Assembly: GCA_037131105.1 (NCBI GenBank)
Contig: JBAXRQ010000001.1
Span: forward strand, 130,039-194,038
Source: a bacterium
GTDB lineage: Bacteria > Patescibacteriota > UBA1384 > CAILIB01
Reading direction: 5' to 3'
Length of the DNA: 64,000 bases
Shown here: positions 22,435-30,487 of the stretch, piece after piece
Layout: each line of letters begins with the position of its first letter
Position numbering within the stretch: the stretch's first letter is position 1
Notes under the pieces: generated by a model
Database searches by the model: none
What the model was told of the DNA's origin: nothing
The model's input: the letters and a program-made list of their open reading frames with translations, nothing else
Made by a program: the position numbers and the translations under genes

Positions 22435-23974
22435 ACGTAGGGAGGGTTAGGGAGACGGGTTGGTCTTTGCTGTGGGAAATACTTCGACTGGGCAGAGTCT
22501 CGATGATGAGTCTTCCTAGAATACATACATTCAAGAAGGTCCAGGTGACTGAAATAAACAAGGCTACTGATGGCGTATTAATGAGGAGTGCCAATGAGGC
22601 CGCCGTGACCATTACGACTGCGCAGCACACTTGGTTTAACACGGTGTGGAAACCAGCCCGCTTACTTCCGCCTGCCTTATTGGTAACCTGCCAGGAGTGC
22701 TGCTTGTTCAACAGTACATTCCACATAGCTTTGATATAGATGGGGAAGGTAGCCATTGAAAGTGCAATAACCTGCCAACGTACCCGTCCTTTGACGTGAT
22801 AAATGAGAATGAACTGCGCCAAGAAATACGGAAGAAAATGGATGAGCCAAGATGAGGACTGGGCATGAATGGGGATGATGTCGAAGAACAGGTATAGAAC
22901 AGGTAGTAGGATAAGAATGGCGACCGCCAGACCAGTGAAGTAATAGGTGGTAGTAAGGAGGTACTGGATTTTCTGGTCAGTGGTTAGTTTGCCCTTCATG
23001 AGTAGTGGGTTGGCTCGGAAGAATATCTCGAAACCACCAGCGGCCCAACGAAGCTGTTGTTTCAGGTAAGCTTCAGCGGTTTCGGGGGCCTTGCCGATAG
23101 CTAGTACCTTGGGTAAGAATACCGATTGCCATCCCTTCTGATGGAGGAGATAAGAGGTCCAGATATCTTCAGAATTTGATCGATAGACACCGCCTACGCT
23201 ACCTAGAGCCTTACGAGAAAAAACGGCGTTGGTACCTACCCAGAAGACTGAGTTAAATCGGTTCTTACCGGGACAGATTAGGGAATAAAAGAGATCCTGG
23301 GTCTCGGCAGAGCCAGTGGCGATGTAGCCGTTCAGGTTTTCATAATGCTGGGGGGTTTGGACGAAGGCAAGGTTCTTGTTCCAGAAGAACGGCATTGTTT
23401 CCTCTAGGAATGTGGGAGAGGGTACGTGATCGGCGTCAAAGATGGCGACATACTCCCCGTCCGTGTAGGTAAGAGCATAGTTTAAGTTCCCTGCCTTAGC
23501 ATGTTCATGACTGGGGCGGCTGATGTAATAGACACCAAGCTCTTGAGCAAGGGACTCGATAGCGGGTGAATGTCCGTCATCCAGGATGTAGGTAAGGTGA
23601 AGAATGGACATGTCTCGGGCAGCTGTAACCGTTTTTCGCACTACGTCGATGGCCTCGCCGTAGACAGTTACGAAGACGTCAATGGTGGGTATCTGTGAGG
23701 CGTGAGCGGGGAGACTAAGTAAACGCTCACGTTCAGCTTCATACCTGTGCTGATCTGGATGATGATTGATTCCGGCAAGAATGGTCCACCAGGAGCCGAT
23801 GAGCTGGAACATGCTGATAGTTTCGGCCAGCAGGAGGAGTAGGTAGGGTATGAGGTCACCACCATTGGCTGGATTTAAGAGGAAGCCGGCATAGAACATG
23901 GCAGCCAAAATAGCCACTCCGATAATGGAAAGAGTGCTCACTTGGATGTGATGATGGTCGGCTGCAGTTCCCAT
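22418..23974 (-). CDS. Processive family-2 glycosyltransferase (cellulose/curdlan-synthase-like beta-glucan synthase).
   Basis: The canonical D, D, D, QxxRW set is present: DDGHSP, FDADH, VGTNAVFSRKAL and QQLRWAAGG. TM helices flank the cytoplasmic GT domain on both the N- and C-terminal sides. Confidence 0.8.
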   Translation of the reverse strand: MGTAADHHHIQVSTLSIIGVAILAAMFYAGFLLNPANGGDLIPYLLLLLAETISMFQLIGSWWTILAGINHHPDQHRYEAERERLLSLPAHASQIPTIDVFVTVYGEAIDVVRKTVTAARDMSILHLTYILDDGHSPAIESLAQELGVYYISRPSHEHAKAGNLNYALTYTDGEYVAIFDADHVPSPTFLEETMPFFWNKNLAFVQTPQHYENLNGYIATGSAETQDLFYSLICPGKNRFNSVFWVGTNAVFSRKALGSVGGVYRSNSEDIWTSYLLHQKGWQSVFLPKVLAIGKAPETAEAYLKQQLRWAAGGFEIFFRANPLLMKGKLTTDQKIQYLLTTTYYFTGLAVAILILLPVLYLFFDIIPIHAQSSSWLIHFLPYFLAQFILIYHVKGRVRWQVIALSMATFPIYIKAMWNVLLNKQHSWQVTNKAGGSKRAGFHTVLNQVCCAVVMVTAASLALLINTPSVALFISVTWTFLNVCILGRLIIETLPSRSISHSKDQPVSLTLPTYETTV

Positions 23975-24173
23975 GTGGATGCTAGCTATTCAGAGGTATA
24001 GCGCGACCTCATGGCGAGGTCGAAATGCTAGAGACATCCTAGCAGGGAATAAGTGATTTGTCAATCTGGTAGACTCTTATTTTGAATTGTTGCACGGATA
24101 AGAAGTGGCTACTGGTAGTGGAGTACGTACAAAGCCTGGTGGGTATGGCACGAATGGCGGGGTAGAGGCCAGA

Positions 24174-24300
24174 GGGAGTCGTTTACTCTCTAACGCGAAC
24201 TTTTCCGACCTGCCCCCGGCAGGTCATAGCGGGACTCTCCTCCCTCGCCCCATATACAGAGAAAAGAGCTCCAGCAAGCTGAAACTCTTTTCTCTGGTAG
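24174..24300. repeat. Copy 1 of a roughly 113-nt hairpin-rich unit, flanked by tRNA-Glu 3'-end-like fragments (gggagtcg … tggtag).
   Basis: About 90% identical to 25065..25176. The last 52 nt are identical (ccccatatacagagaaaagagctccagcaagctgaaactcttttctc). Confidence 0.8.
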
Positions 24301-24500
24301 GCCATCCGGGACGAAGTTCGCACCCTGGCGGCCAGGTTGGAGCATGACTTTCCAAAGTGGGAGACTATCGTCGCCAAGGTAGGCGGCGGCCAGGTCCAGT
24401 TGAACTTGTTCTAGCATTCTAAATGCTCCAAAGTGGTGCGCTTTGTGAAGCCCACTGCCAGTCGTACGGACCTGGCGATGGGTTCGGAAAGGGCTCCACG

Positions 24501-24902
24501 CTAACCGGTCTCAACGGTGCAGAAGTTCCGCTCGGAGTACTCGCCTAGGAGCCTGTGCCAGTACGGGTCGTCCACCGTGATTGCCATGAGTCCATCGACT
24601 GCGTTCAGCTCGATGTCCTTATAGGGCAGGCCGCAGAGCGCCGCCATCTTGCAGAGCATGTCGAAGGGGTCGCTCTTGTCGCCGAACCGGCCCTTTATGG
24701 CTGTCATGCCGCTGCAGATCCGCCCAAGGTTTGTTAGCGCCTCCGGACTCCACTTGAATGGATCGGGCGTCGGTACGAAGACGGCGCAGACGACGCCGAG
24801 CTCGTCCGTCTCAAGTCTCACGGTTACGTGCTCCTCGAGCCTCCGGTGAGGATCTGGCCTGCCGTCGGGACTGAAGACGATTGCTGTCGCATTTGTATTC
24901 AT
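24501..24902 (-). CDS. Hypothetical 133-aa protein located between the two repeat units.
   Basis: An ORF with no recognisable motif. It sits between two direct repeats next to a tRNA, which is a typical site for integrated-element remnants. Confidence 0.35.
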   Translation of the reverse strand: MNTNATAIVFSPDGRPDPHRRLEEHVTVRLETDELGVVCAVFVPTPDPFKWSPEALTNLGRICSGMTAIKGRFGDKSDPFDMLCKMAALCGLPYKDIELNAVDGLMAITVDDPYWHRLLGEYSERNFCTVETG

Positions 24903-25043
24903 TACAATGCCTCCTGCAGCCGTTATACCAGGAGAAGGGGAATAGTCAATCCGGCTATGGCACTAGCTCAATGTCCGGGCACACAAAAACAGACCTTTCG
25001 GCCTGTCTTCTCACTGCAAGCAGTGTTGCGTCAGTGCAATTTA

Positions 25044-25197
25044 TGGTAGCGCCAGCGGGAGTCGTTTACTCGCTATCGCGAACATTCCGACCTGCCGCAG
25101 GCAGGTCAAAGAGGGACTCGACTCCCTCACCCCATATACAGAGAAAAGAGCTCCAGCAAGCTGAAACTCTTTTCTCTGGTAGCGCCAGCGGGAGTCG
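25044..25197. repeat. Copy 2 of the roughly 113-nt unit (25065..25176), bracketed by two identical 21-nt copies of the tRNA-Glu 3' end (25044..25064 and 25177..25197).
   Basis: The sequence tggtagcgccagcgggagtcg occurs twice, 133 nt apart. The second copy is the genuine 3' end of tRNA-Glu. Confidence 0.85.
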
Positions 25198-25253
25198 AAC
25201 CCGCGATCTCTTGGATGAGAACCAAGTGTCCTGGACCACTAGACGATGGCGCC
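25177..25253 (-). tRNA. tRNA-Glu, anticodon CUC.
   Basis: GGCGCCATCGTCTAGTGGTCCAGGACACTTGGTTCTCATCCAAGAGATCGCGGGTTCGACTCCCGCTGGCGCTACCA. It folds as a 7/4/5/5 cloverleaf with T33 and A37, anticodon CTC, a GTTCGACT T-loop and an encoded CCA. Confidence 0.85.
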
Positions 25254-25401
25254 CTGAGTGAGCAGCTGGCTGCAACCGAAGGTTGGAAGCCTGGTGCGAA
25301 CGAGGTAGCCAATACCGCGAAGCGGTATGGCGCCGCATTCGCGGAGCTCACAGTTCCTAACGACAATACCAGATTACTGGAACATTGTCGATAGCCAACG
25401 G

Positions 25402-26268
25402 CTACTCCCAATCCTTTAAACTCTCCTGATACGCGTCTATAGCCAACCTGCCCGCTCCATAGATCCCGGCCTCCTCACCTAGCTTCGCGGCTATAACCTT
25501 GCAGGGGGCCGGATCCTGTAAGTAGTGATCCAGGTCACGGCTGCCGACGCCTCCCACGATGATGGTATCGCAGTGGTATTCGCCGTAGATTGCCTGTATG
25601 CACTGGATGAAGAAATAAGAGATTGCGTGCCAGACCTCCTTTGAGTCCTGATCGCCGGTTCTGACTGCTTCTGATTCGTGAGCTAGTTCAATCTGTAGGC
25701 GTTCCTGAAGATTGCGGCCACCAATGAAGGATTCGACGCTACCGCGACCTGACTTACTCGGAAACACGTCAGAGGGGTCAACGCTGATGCGTCCGACTTC
25801 CTGGCCAATGTCCTGGGGATGGGGTCGTACAATTCCCCTGCGCATAACGGCGCCTCCGATTCCGGTACCGATAGTGATCATGACAGCGCTGGATAGCTCC
25901 TGAGCCGCTCCCAGCCACACCTCGCCAATGAGGGCGCAGCGGGCATCATTGTCCATGGCAAAGACGGTATCAGGGAAGCGCTCCGCCAGACGGTCTACTA
26001 GGGGGAAATTACTGAGGGAGGGGATGTTGGTGCACAATGCAGTGGAATGCCGGTCGGAGCTCAAGGTACCAGCAATACCTATGCCTACGGCTGTGGCTGG
26101 GTGTGCCTCGATGGTCTCCACTAGTGCCTGCATGAACGCCTCTGCGTCTGCCGGGGTGTGGTAACGACCAGAGGTAAGTAGCTTGCCCTCTTCGGAGACG
26201 AGGCCCCAAGCGACTTTGCTGCCGCCAATGTCGAAGCCGAGATAACTCTTGTCGGTATTAGTGTTCAT
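25402..26268 (-). CDS. ROK-family sugar kinase (glucokinase / N-acetylhexosamine kinase-like).
   Basis: N-terminal YLGFDIGGSKVAWGL sugar-kinase motif. Length and Gly-rich motifs fit ROK. It overlaps the next gene. Confidence 0.75.
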   Translation of the reverse strand: MNTNTDKSYLGFDIGGSKVAWGLVSEEGKLLTSGRYHTPADAEAFMQALVETIEAHPATAVGIGIAGTLSSDRHSTALCTNIPSLSNFPLVDRLAERFPDTVFAMDNDARCALIGEVWLGAAQELSSAVMITIGTGIGGAVMRRGIVRPHPQDIGQEVGRISVDPSDVFPSKSGRGSVESFIGGRNLQERLQIELAHESEAVRTGDQDSKEVWHAISYFFIQCIQAIYGEYHCDTIIVGGVGSRDLDHYLQDPAPCKVIAAKLGEEAGIYGAGRLAIDAYQESLKDWE

Positions 26269-27637
26269 TGCGTAGTTGAGCCCCCTCCGCTGTTAGGAAT
26301 TGCATTAGTTCGTCTTGGGCCTCCTTCAGCTTCTCCTGTGAACGTGCCTCTAGGTTCATGCGCATAAGTGGCTCACCGTTTGAGAGGCGCAGATTCAGTC
26401 TCCAGTCAGGATACTCTGCGCTGATGCCGTCGGCCAGGTCCTGCTTGGCGTCTGAGTATTTGGTAGTGGCCTTCTTGATGATCTCCTTGCCCATGTCGGT
26501 GGTGAAGTTCAGTTCGCCGCTGATAGGGTAATGCTCGAGGTAATAGTCGAGCAGATCGGAGACCGTGCCGCCTCCCTTGATGTGCTTGCCGAAGATTTTT
26601 AAGGCAGTCAGGAAGGTGAGCATACCGTTGTCACAGTACCAGAAGTCCTTGAAATAGAAATGACCGCTGGTCTCGGCGCCAAAAACGGCGTCAAACTCGC
26701 GCATGGTGCGCTTGAAGAAACCGTGTCCGGTCAGGCTGTATTCGGTCTTTCCACCGGCCTCTTTGGCGGCGTCAATGTTGGCCCAGGCCAGACGTCGCTC
26801 CACCACTGCGGTGGCACCGGGGTTCTCCTCTAAGAAGTGCTTTACCAGGAAGGCGGAGATGTAGTACCCATGAAACCAGCGACCTTTTTCGTCGTAGAGG
26901 AAGCAGCGATCAGCATCGGCGTCCCAGGCGACACCAAAGTCGGCACCCTCGTCTATGATCTGCTGGCAGAGTTCGGCCCGGTTCTTGGCCTGCATGGGGT
27001 CAGGTGGGCCTTTGGGGAAGGTACCGTCCTCGTTCCAGTTCAGACGGCTGACCGTCAATTCGGTGAGCGGGGCGACGGCGGCATCGACTACCTTGCCATT
27101 GGCGCCGAAGTTGACGTTGGCAACTATGGAGAGCATGGGTAGGTCGGCAGGTAGGAACTTGTGAAGGTACTCAGAATAGGCAGGTAGCAGGTCGACGGTC
27201 TCCAGCTTTCCCTTCTCAAACTGCTCAATGCTGCGGCTGGACTGGATGAAGTCGTAGATCTCGCCAAGCTTCTCATCACGGGTAAGGGGGATGCCGTTCT
27301 TAGAGACGCACTTGAAGCCGTTCCATTCGGCAGGGTTGTGGGAGGCTGTGATGCTGAGGCCTCCGTCGCAGTCCAAGGTGGCTGAGGCGAAGTAGAGCAT
27401 TTCCGTGGAGATGACCCCGATGTCGATGGCGGTAGCACCGGCGTCGCGGATGCCTTCGATGGCGGCTGCCTGTAGGCTTGGGCCGGTAGACCTGACGTCA
27501 CGGCCTACTAATACTCGCTTGGCACCCATGACCTGGACGAAGGCCTGGCCGGCGGCGTAGGCCACCTTCTCGTTCATCTGGCCGGGGTAAATGCCGCGGA
27601 CGTCGTAAGCTCGGAAGATGGAGGGATCGTAGATCAT
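26258..27637 (-). CDS. Phosphomannomutase / phosphoglucomutase (alpha-D-phosphohexomutase family).
   Basis: Active-site motif TASHNP (phosphoserine loop). N-terminal YDVRG. Four-domain length. Confidence 0.85.
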   Translation of the reverse strand: MIYDPSIFRAYDVRGIYPGQMNEKVAYAAGQAFVQVMGAKRVLVGRDVRSTGPSLQAAAIEGIRDAGATAIDIGVISTEMLYFASATLDCDGGLSITASHNPAEWNGFKCVSKNGIPLTRDEKLGEIYDFIQSSRSIEQFEKGKLETVDLLPAYSEYLHKFLPADLPMLSIVANVNFGANGKVVDAAVAPLTELTVSRLNWNEDGTFPKGPPDPMQAKNRAELCQQIIDEGADFGVAWDADADRCFLYDEKGRWFHGYYISAFLVKHFLEENPGATAVVERRLAWANIDAAKEAGGKTEYSLTGHGFFKRTMREFDAVFGAETSGHFYFKDFWYCDNGMLTFLTALKIFGKHIKGGGTVSDLLDYYLEHYPISGELNFTTDMGKEIIKKATTKYSDAKQDLADGISAEYPDWRLNLRLSNGEPLMRMNLEARSQEKLKEAQDELMQFLTAEGAQLRNEH

Positions 27638-27646
27638 GGGGCGATA

Positions 27647-28285
27647 TTACGTAGTAAACGGGTACGCTCTTACTTTAGCCTCTTTTAATAGGACTGGAAA
27701 GACAGAATCCTCCAGACTCACGATGCCGGCAGGGATGGAGGCAAGAAGGGAGGGATCGGCGATCCAGAGTCCAGCCGAGGCGTAGCCGTCTTGGCGGGGG
27801 CAGAGCAGGGAAGTGAGAGGGGCCTGGTGTTGTCGGTGGAATACGTAAGGGGTAAGCAGGCCGGTAGGGAGCGGGGTACGTGAGGCATCGGCCCGAGCGA
27901 TGAGAAACGGGGCATCTAGCTCGGCATGTTTGAGTAGTAAGGCTCCCCCGCTGCCAAAGTCAGAGGGGACGGCGGAGACGGTGGCCTCAGGTACTAGCTG
28001 ACCGATGGAGATAGCAAGCTCAGTGGGCTGGCCAATGAAGCTGACCAGGTATATTGTCTTTATCCCGGCGGCAGCCATCAGACGGACTAAGGCTTCGGGA
28101 CGGGAGGGCTCATAGTCGGGGTAGAGGAAGAGAAAAGCTTGGTCGAGCCTGTGCAGGCCGATACCTTCCTTCAGGAGGTGTTCGATGGTTTGTGACCGGT
28201 TACGCAGGGACTCGCCGTCCACCAGGGCGTCTACAGCCTGGAGCAGCTCGGCATCAAGGGTGATGGTGAGGCGTTCGCGGTACAT
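27647..28285 (-). CDS. Ribbon-helix-helix N-terminus fused to a nucleotidyltransferase-like region (putative sugar-1-phosphate nucleotidyltransferase relative).
   Basis: N-terminal RLTITLDAELLQAVDALV fits the CopG/RHH pattern. GSGGALL resembles the LGTGGA motif of sugar-nucleotidyltransferases. The GxGxRL N-terminal motif is absent, so this call is weak. Confidence 0.3.
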   Translation of the reverse strand: MYRERLTITLDAELLQAVDALVDGESLRNRSQTIEHLLKEGIGLHRLDQAFLFLYPDYEPSRPEALVRLMAAAGIKTIYLVSFIGQPTELAISIGQLVPEATVSAVPSDFGSGGALLLKHAELDAPFLIARADASRTPLPTGLLTPYVFHRQHQAPLTSLLCPRQDGYASAGLWIADPSLLASIPAGIVSLEDSVFPVLLKEAKVRAYPFTT

Positions 28286-28299
28286 ATGACAGTATCATA

Positions 28300-28336
28300 C
28301 TAAAAATCCCCCGCCGAGGCGAGGGATTTTTATTTC
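28300..28336 (-). terminator. Rho-independent terminator downstream of rpsT.
   Basis: aaaaatcccccgcc-gag-gcgagggattttta: a GC-rich hairpin flanked by an A run and a T run. Confidence 0.55.
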
Positions 28337-28464
28337 TTTGAGAAGGGAGATGTTCAGACGGATTTCAAGGAAGAATCGAGTACCTGATCGAGGCGTACTA
28401 GCTGGTACGGTGAGTGAGGGACGGAGATTCTGACACAGAAATACGACGAACAGCTACCTTCTGG

Positions 28465-28818
28465 CTATTTCTTGGTAGCGGCCTTCTTCTTGGCAGCAGC
28501 CTTGGTCTTGCTGACAGCAGTCTTGGCCTTGGCAGCCTTCTTGACTACAGGAGCGGCGGTGCCGATGCCGGCCAGCTTCTTGGCCAGGCGGGACTTCAGG
28601 CGGGAAGCCTTGTTCTTGTGGATGGTGTTGTTCTTGGCAGCGCGGTCAAGGGCGCTCTGAGCTTGGGTGAACAGGTTAGCAGCGGTGTCACTGCCGGTAT
28701 CTACGGCCTTGCGGACAGCCTTGGCGGCCTTCTTAAAAGCCTCGCGCTGGACGATGTTTTCCTCGTGGCGACGGGTGGCGGTGCGGAGGGCCTTCTTGGC
28801 TGACTTGGTGACTGGCAT
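28465..28818 (-). CDS. rpsT: Ribosomal protein bS20 with a Lys/Ala-rich (histone-H1-like) C-terminal tail.
   Basis: N-terminal MPVTKSAKKALRTATRRHEEN… is classic bS20. An extra roughly 30 aa of AAPVVKKAAKAKTAVSKTKAAAKKKAATKK follows. Confidence 0.85.
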   Translation of the reverse strand: MPVTKSAKKALRTATRRHEENIVQREAFKKAAKAVRKAVDTGSDTAANLFTQAQSALDRAAKNNTIHKNKASRLKSRLAKKLAGIGTAAPVVKKAAKAKTAVSKTKAAAKKKAATKK

Positions 28819-28887
28819 GGACGATGCTTATTAGGGTGTGGAAGAAAATAAATGTAACAGAACAAAAATACCAGAAAAGCCAACCTT

Positions 28888-29772
28888 GTGCAAGCAGGCG
28901 TCTGGCCGTATCATGGTTATATGCATACGTTCCGCTATAATCCCGTTTTTCGCCAATGGGTACTGCTCGGCTCTCCCGTGGCCACGCCCTTGGAAGTGAC
29001 CGACGCCCAGCTCTTAAACATCGGACGCGGCACCGACCTGGTGGCGGCCAGCTATCCCCGCCAGCCTTTTATATTGGACCCCGGGAGCAAGCGGCCGGAA
29101 AGCGACCAGCGCCTATACTCTGACGAACCGGCGGTGGGGGATTACGAGCTTTTTCTCTATGGCGGCAAGAAGCATTTCTTCGAGTGGCAGGCCAAGCAAT
29201 GGGAGGAATGGCTGGTCCTGGCCCAGCATCGGATCATCCAGCTGCACCACAACCCCCATCTGCACTACGTTTCTCTGATCCTTGCCACCTCGGCTTTGGA
29301 TACCGTAAAGGGCTACCAGCGGGTAGGGGATCTGGTGTCGACCAGTCATCCCGTCGCCGGTGAAATCCCTCTGATGACCCATGAACTAGCCGATAAGCTG
29401 CTGGCCAAGGAGCGGTCGTATATAGTCCATGAAGGGAAGCATGGCTCTCTGCGGGTACCTTCGGCGCCGCTGGGCGAGCAGGAAGTCTGGTACGTGCCTA
29501 CCGAATACGAGCGGGGCATTGAGCAGATGGGTGCGGCCGGGCGTAAGGAGTGCGCTACCGTACTCGCCAAATTAGTATCTTCACTTCACACCGAGTTTCC
29601 CCGGGCACAGTATGTACTTACCGTGTATACCGCCATGGCCAGCCATAAGGAAGAAACCACCTGGTGGATACGGATTAGTCGCGAGAATGCCAGCGCTGCG
29701 GATGGGGCTATCGGGACAAGGGCGTTCCCGGAAGGATTCCTGCGGACGCTGGGGATGATCCTAGGTAGCTGA
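28888..29772 (+). CDS. Hypothetical protein, possibly a GalT/HIT-like nucleotidyltransferase.
   Basis: His-rich LHHNPHLHYV is reminiscent of a HIT/GalT His triad. It sits near the sugar-activation genes. Weak call. Confidence 0.3.
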   Translation: MQAGVWPYHGYMHTFRYNPVFRQWVLLGSPVATPLEVTDAQLLNIGRGTDLVAASYPRQPFILDPGSKRPESDQRLYSDEPAVGDYELFLYGGKKHFFEWQAKQWEEWLVLAQHRIIQLHHNPHLHYVSLILATSALDTVKGYQRVGDLVSTSHPVAGEIPLMTHELADKLLAKERSYIVHEGKHGSLRVPSAPLGEQEVWYVPTEYERGIEQMGAAGRKECATVLAKLVSSLHTEFPRAQYVLTVYTAMASHKEETTWWIRISRENASAADGAIGTRAFPEGFLRTLGMILGS

Positions 29773-30099
29773 TTTTCGTACTACTATGGCGAATGCATCG
29801 AAGTAATGCTGCCAGGCTTCATCGGCCTTTTTTTCATATTGTCCGGCAAGCTTCCACCCTACTAGTGACTCGCGCATGCGCATTACTTCGCGAAGGCGAC
29901 CCTTGTTTTTCTGGCTTGCGGCTGTTAAATCGATGAGTTCAAGCGCACGTTCAAAGGCTCTGTCTGAATAGTCAGTATTGTTTTTATTGCGCCAGATGAT
30001 GGTGCGGCTGATCTCGCTGCCGATGTTTGCCATTTGGAAGGAGAGGGAGGCGTTCTGCCACTTCTCGATGTCAAGATTTTTATGATGTTTGAGGACCAT
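29761..30099 (-). CDS. Hypothetical small helical protein.
   Basis: ORF only. Confidence 0.3.
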   Translation of the reverse strand: MVLKHHKNLDIEKWQNASLSFQMANIGSEISRTIIWRNKNNTDYSDRAFERALELIDLTAASQKNKGRLREVMRMRESLVGWKLAGQYEKKADEAWQHYFDAFAIVVRKSAT

Positions 30100-30105
30100 G
30101 ACTAT

Positions 30106-30486
30106 TTAGAGGAACACGACTTCGAGTCGAGTCCCATCCCCGTCAAAGAAAAAGACTGCATAATAGTTCTCAGAATAATGAGGGTAGGCCTGGGGCTTAA
30201 TGTCTATGTTCGCGCCGACTTCCATTAGCCAGTCGTAGAAGCGGTCCACGTCCTCTTTCTTGTCTACACGAAGAGCGAGATGGTTAAAGCCGGTCCCATT
30301 TGGCTGGGTGGAGATCTTTTCTTCGGCAGGTACTACCCAGAAGTCGAACTTTCCGTCGGTAAAGGCCAGCGACTGCTTGTCCTCGTGCTTCAGCTTCCAT
30401 CCGAGCTGCTCGAACATGGCCCGGTAAAACGTCTTGCCCTCGGTAATGTCAGATACGGCGTTGGTTACGTGGTAGGCGTGCGACAT
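30106..30486 (-). CDS. VOC / glyoxalase-bleomycin resistance family protein.
   Basis: 126 aa with the beta-alpha-beta-beta-beta layout. The …GFNHLALRVD… and …YAVFFFDGDGTRLEVV blocks are typical of VOC proteins. Confidence 0.65.
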   Translation of the reverse strand: MSHAYHVTNAVSDITEGKTFYRAMFEQLGWKLKHEDKQSLAFTDGKFDFWVVPAEEKISTQPNGTGFNHLALRVDKKEDVDRFYDWLMEVGANIDIKPQAYPHYSENYYAVFFFDGDGTRLEVVFL

Positions 30487-30487
30487 G

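Noticed and set aside
24300-25043. Calling the repeat-bracketed segment a prophage or integrative element.
   Set aside because: No integrase, excisionase or transposase is present anywhere nearby and the segment is only about 750 bp. It is reported as an att-like remnant or repeat only.
25066-25411. ORFs 25066..25338(-) and 25127..25411(-).
   Set aside because: They run across tRNA-Glu and the repeat unit. They are non-coding.
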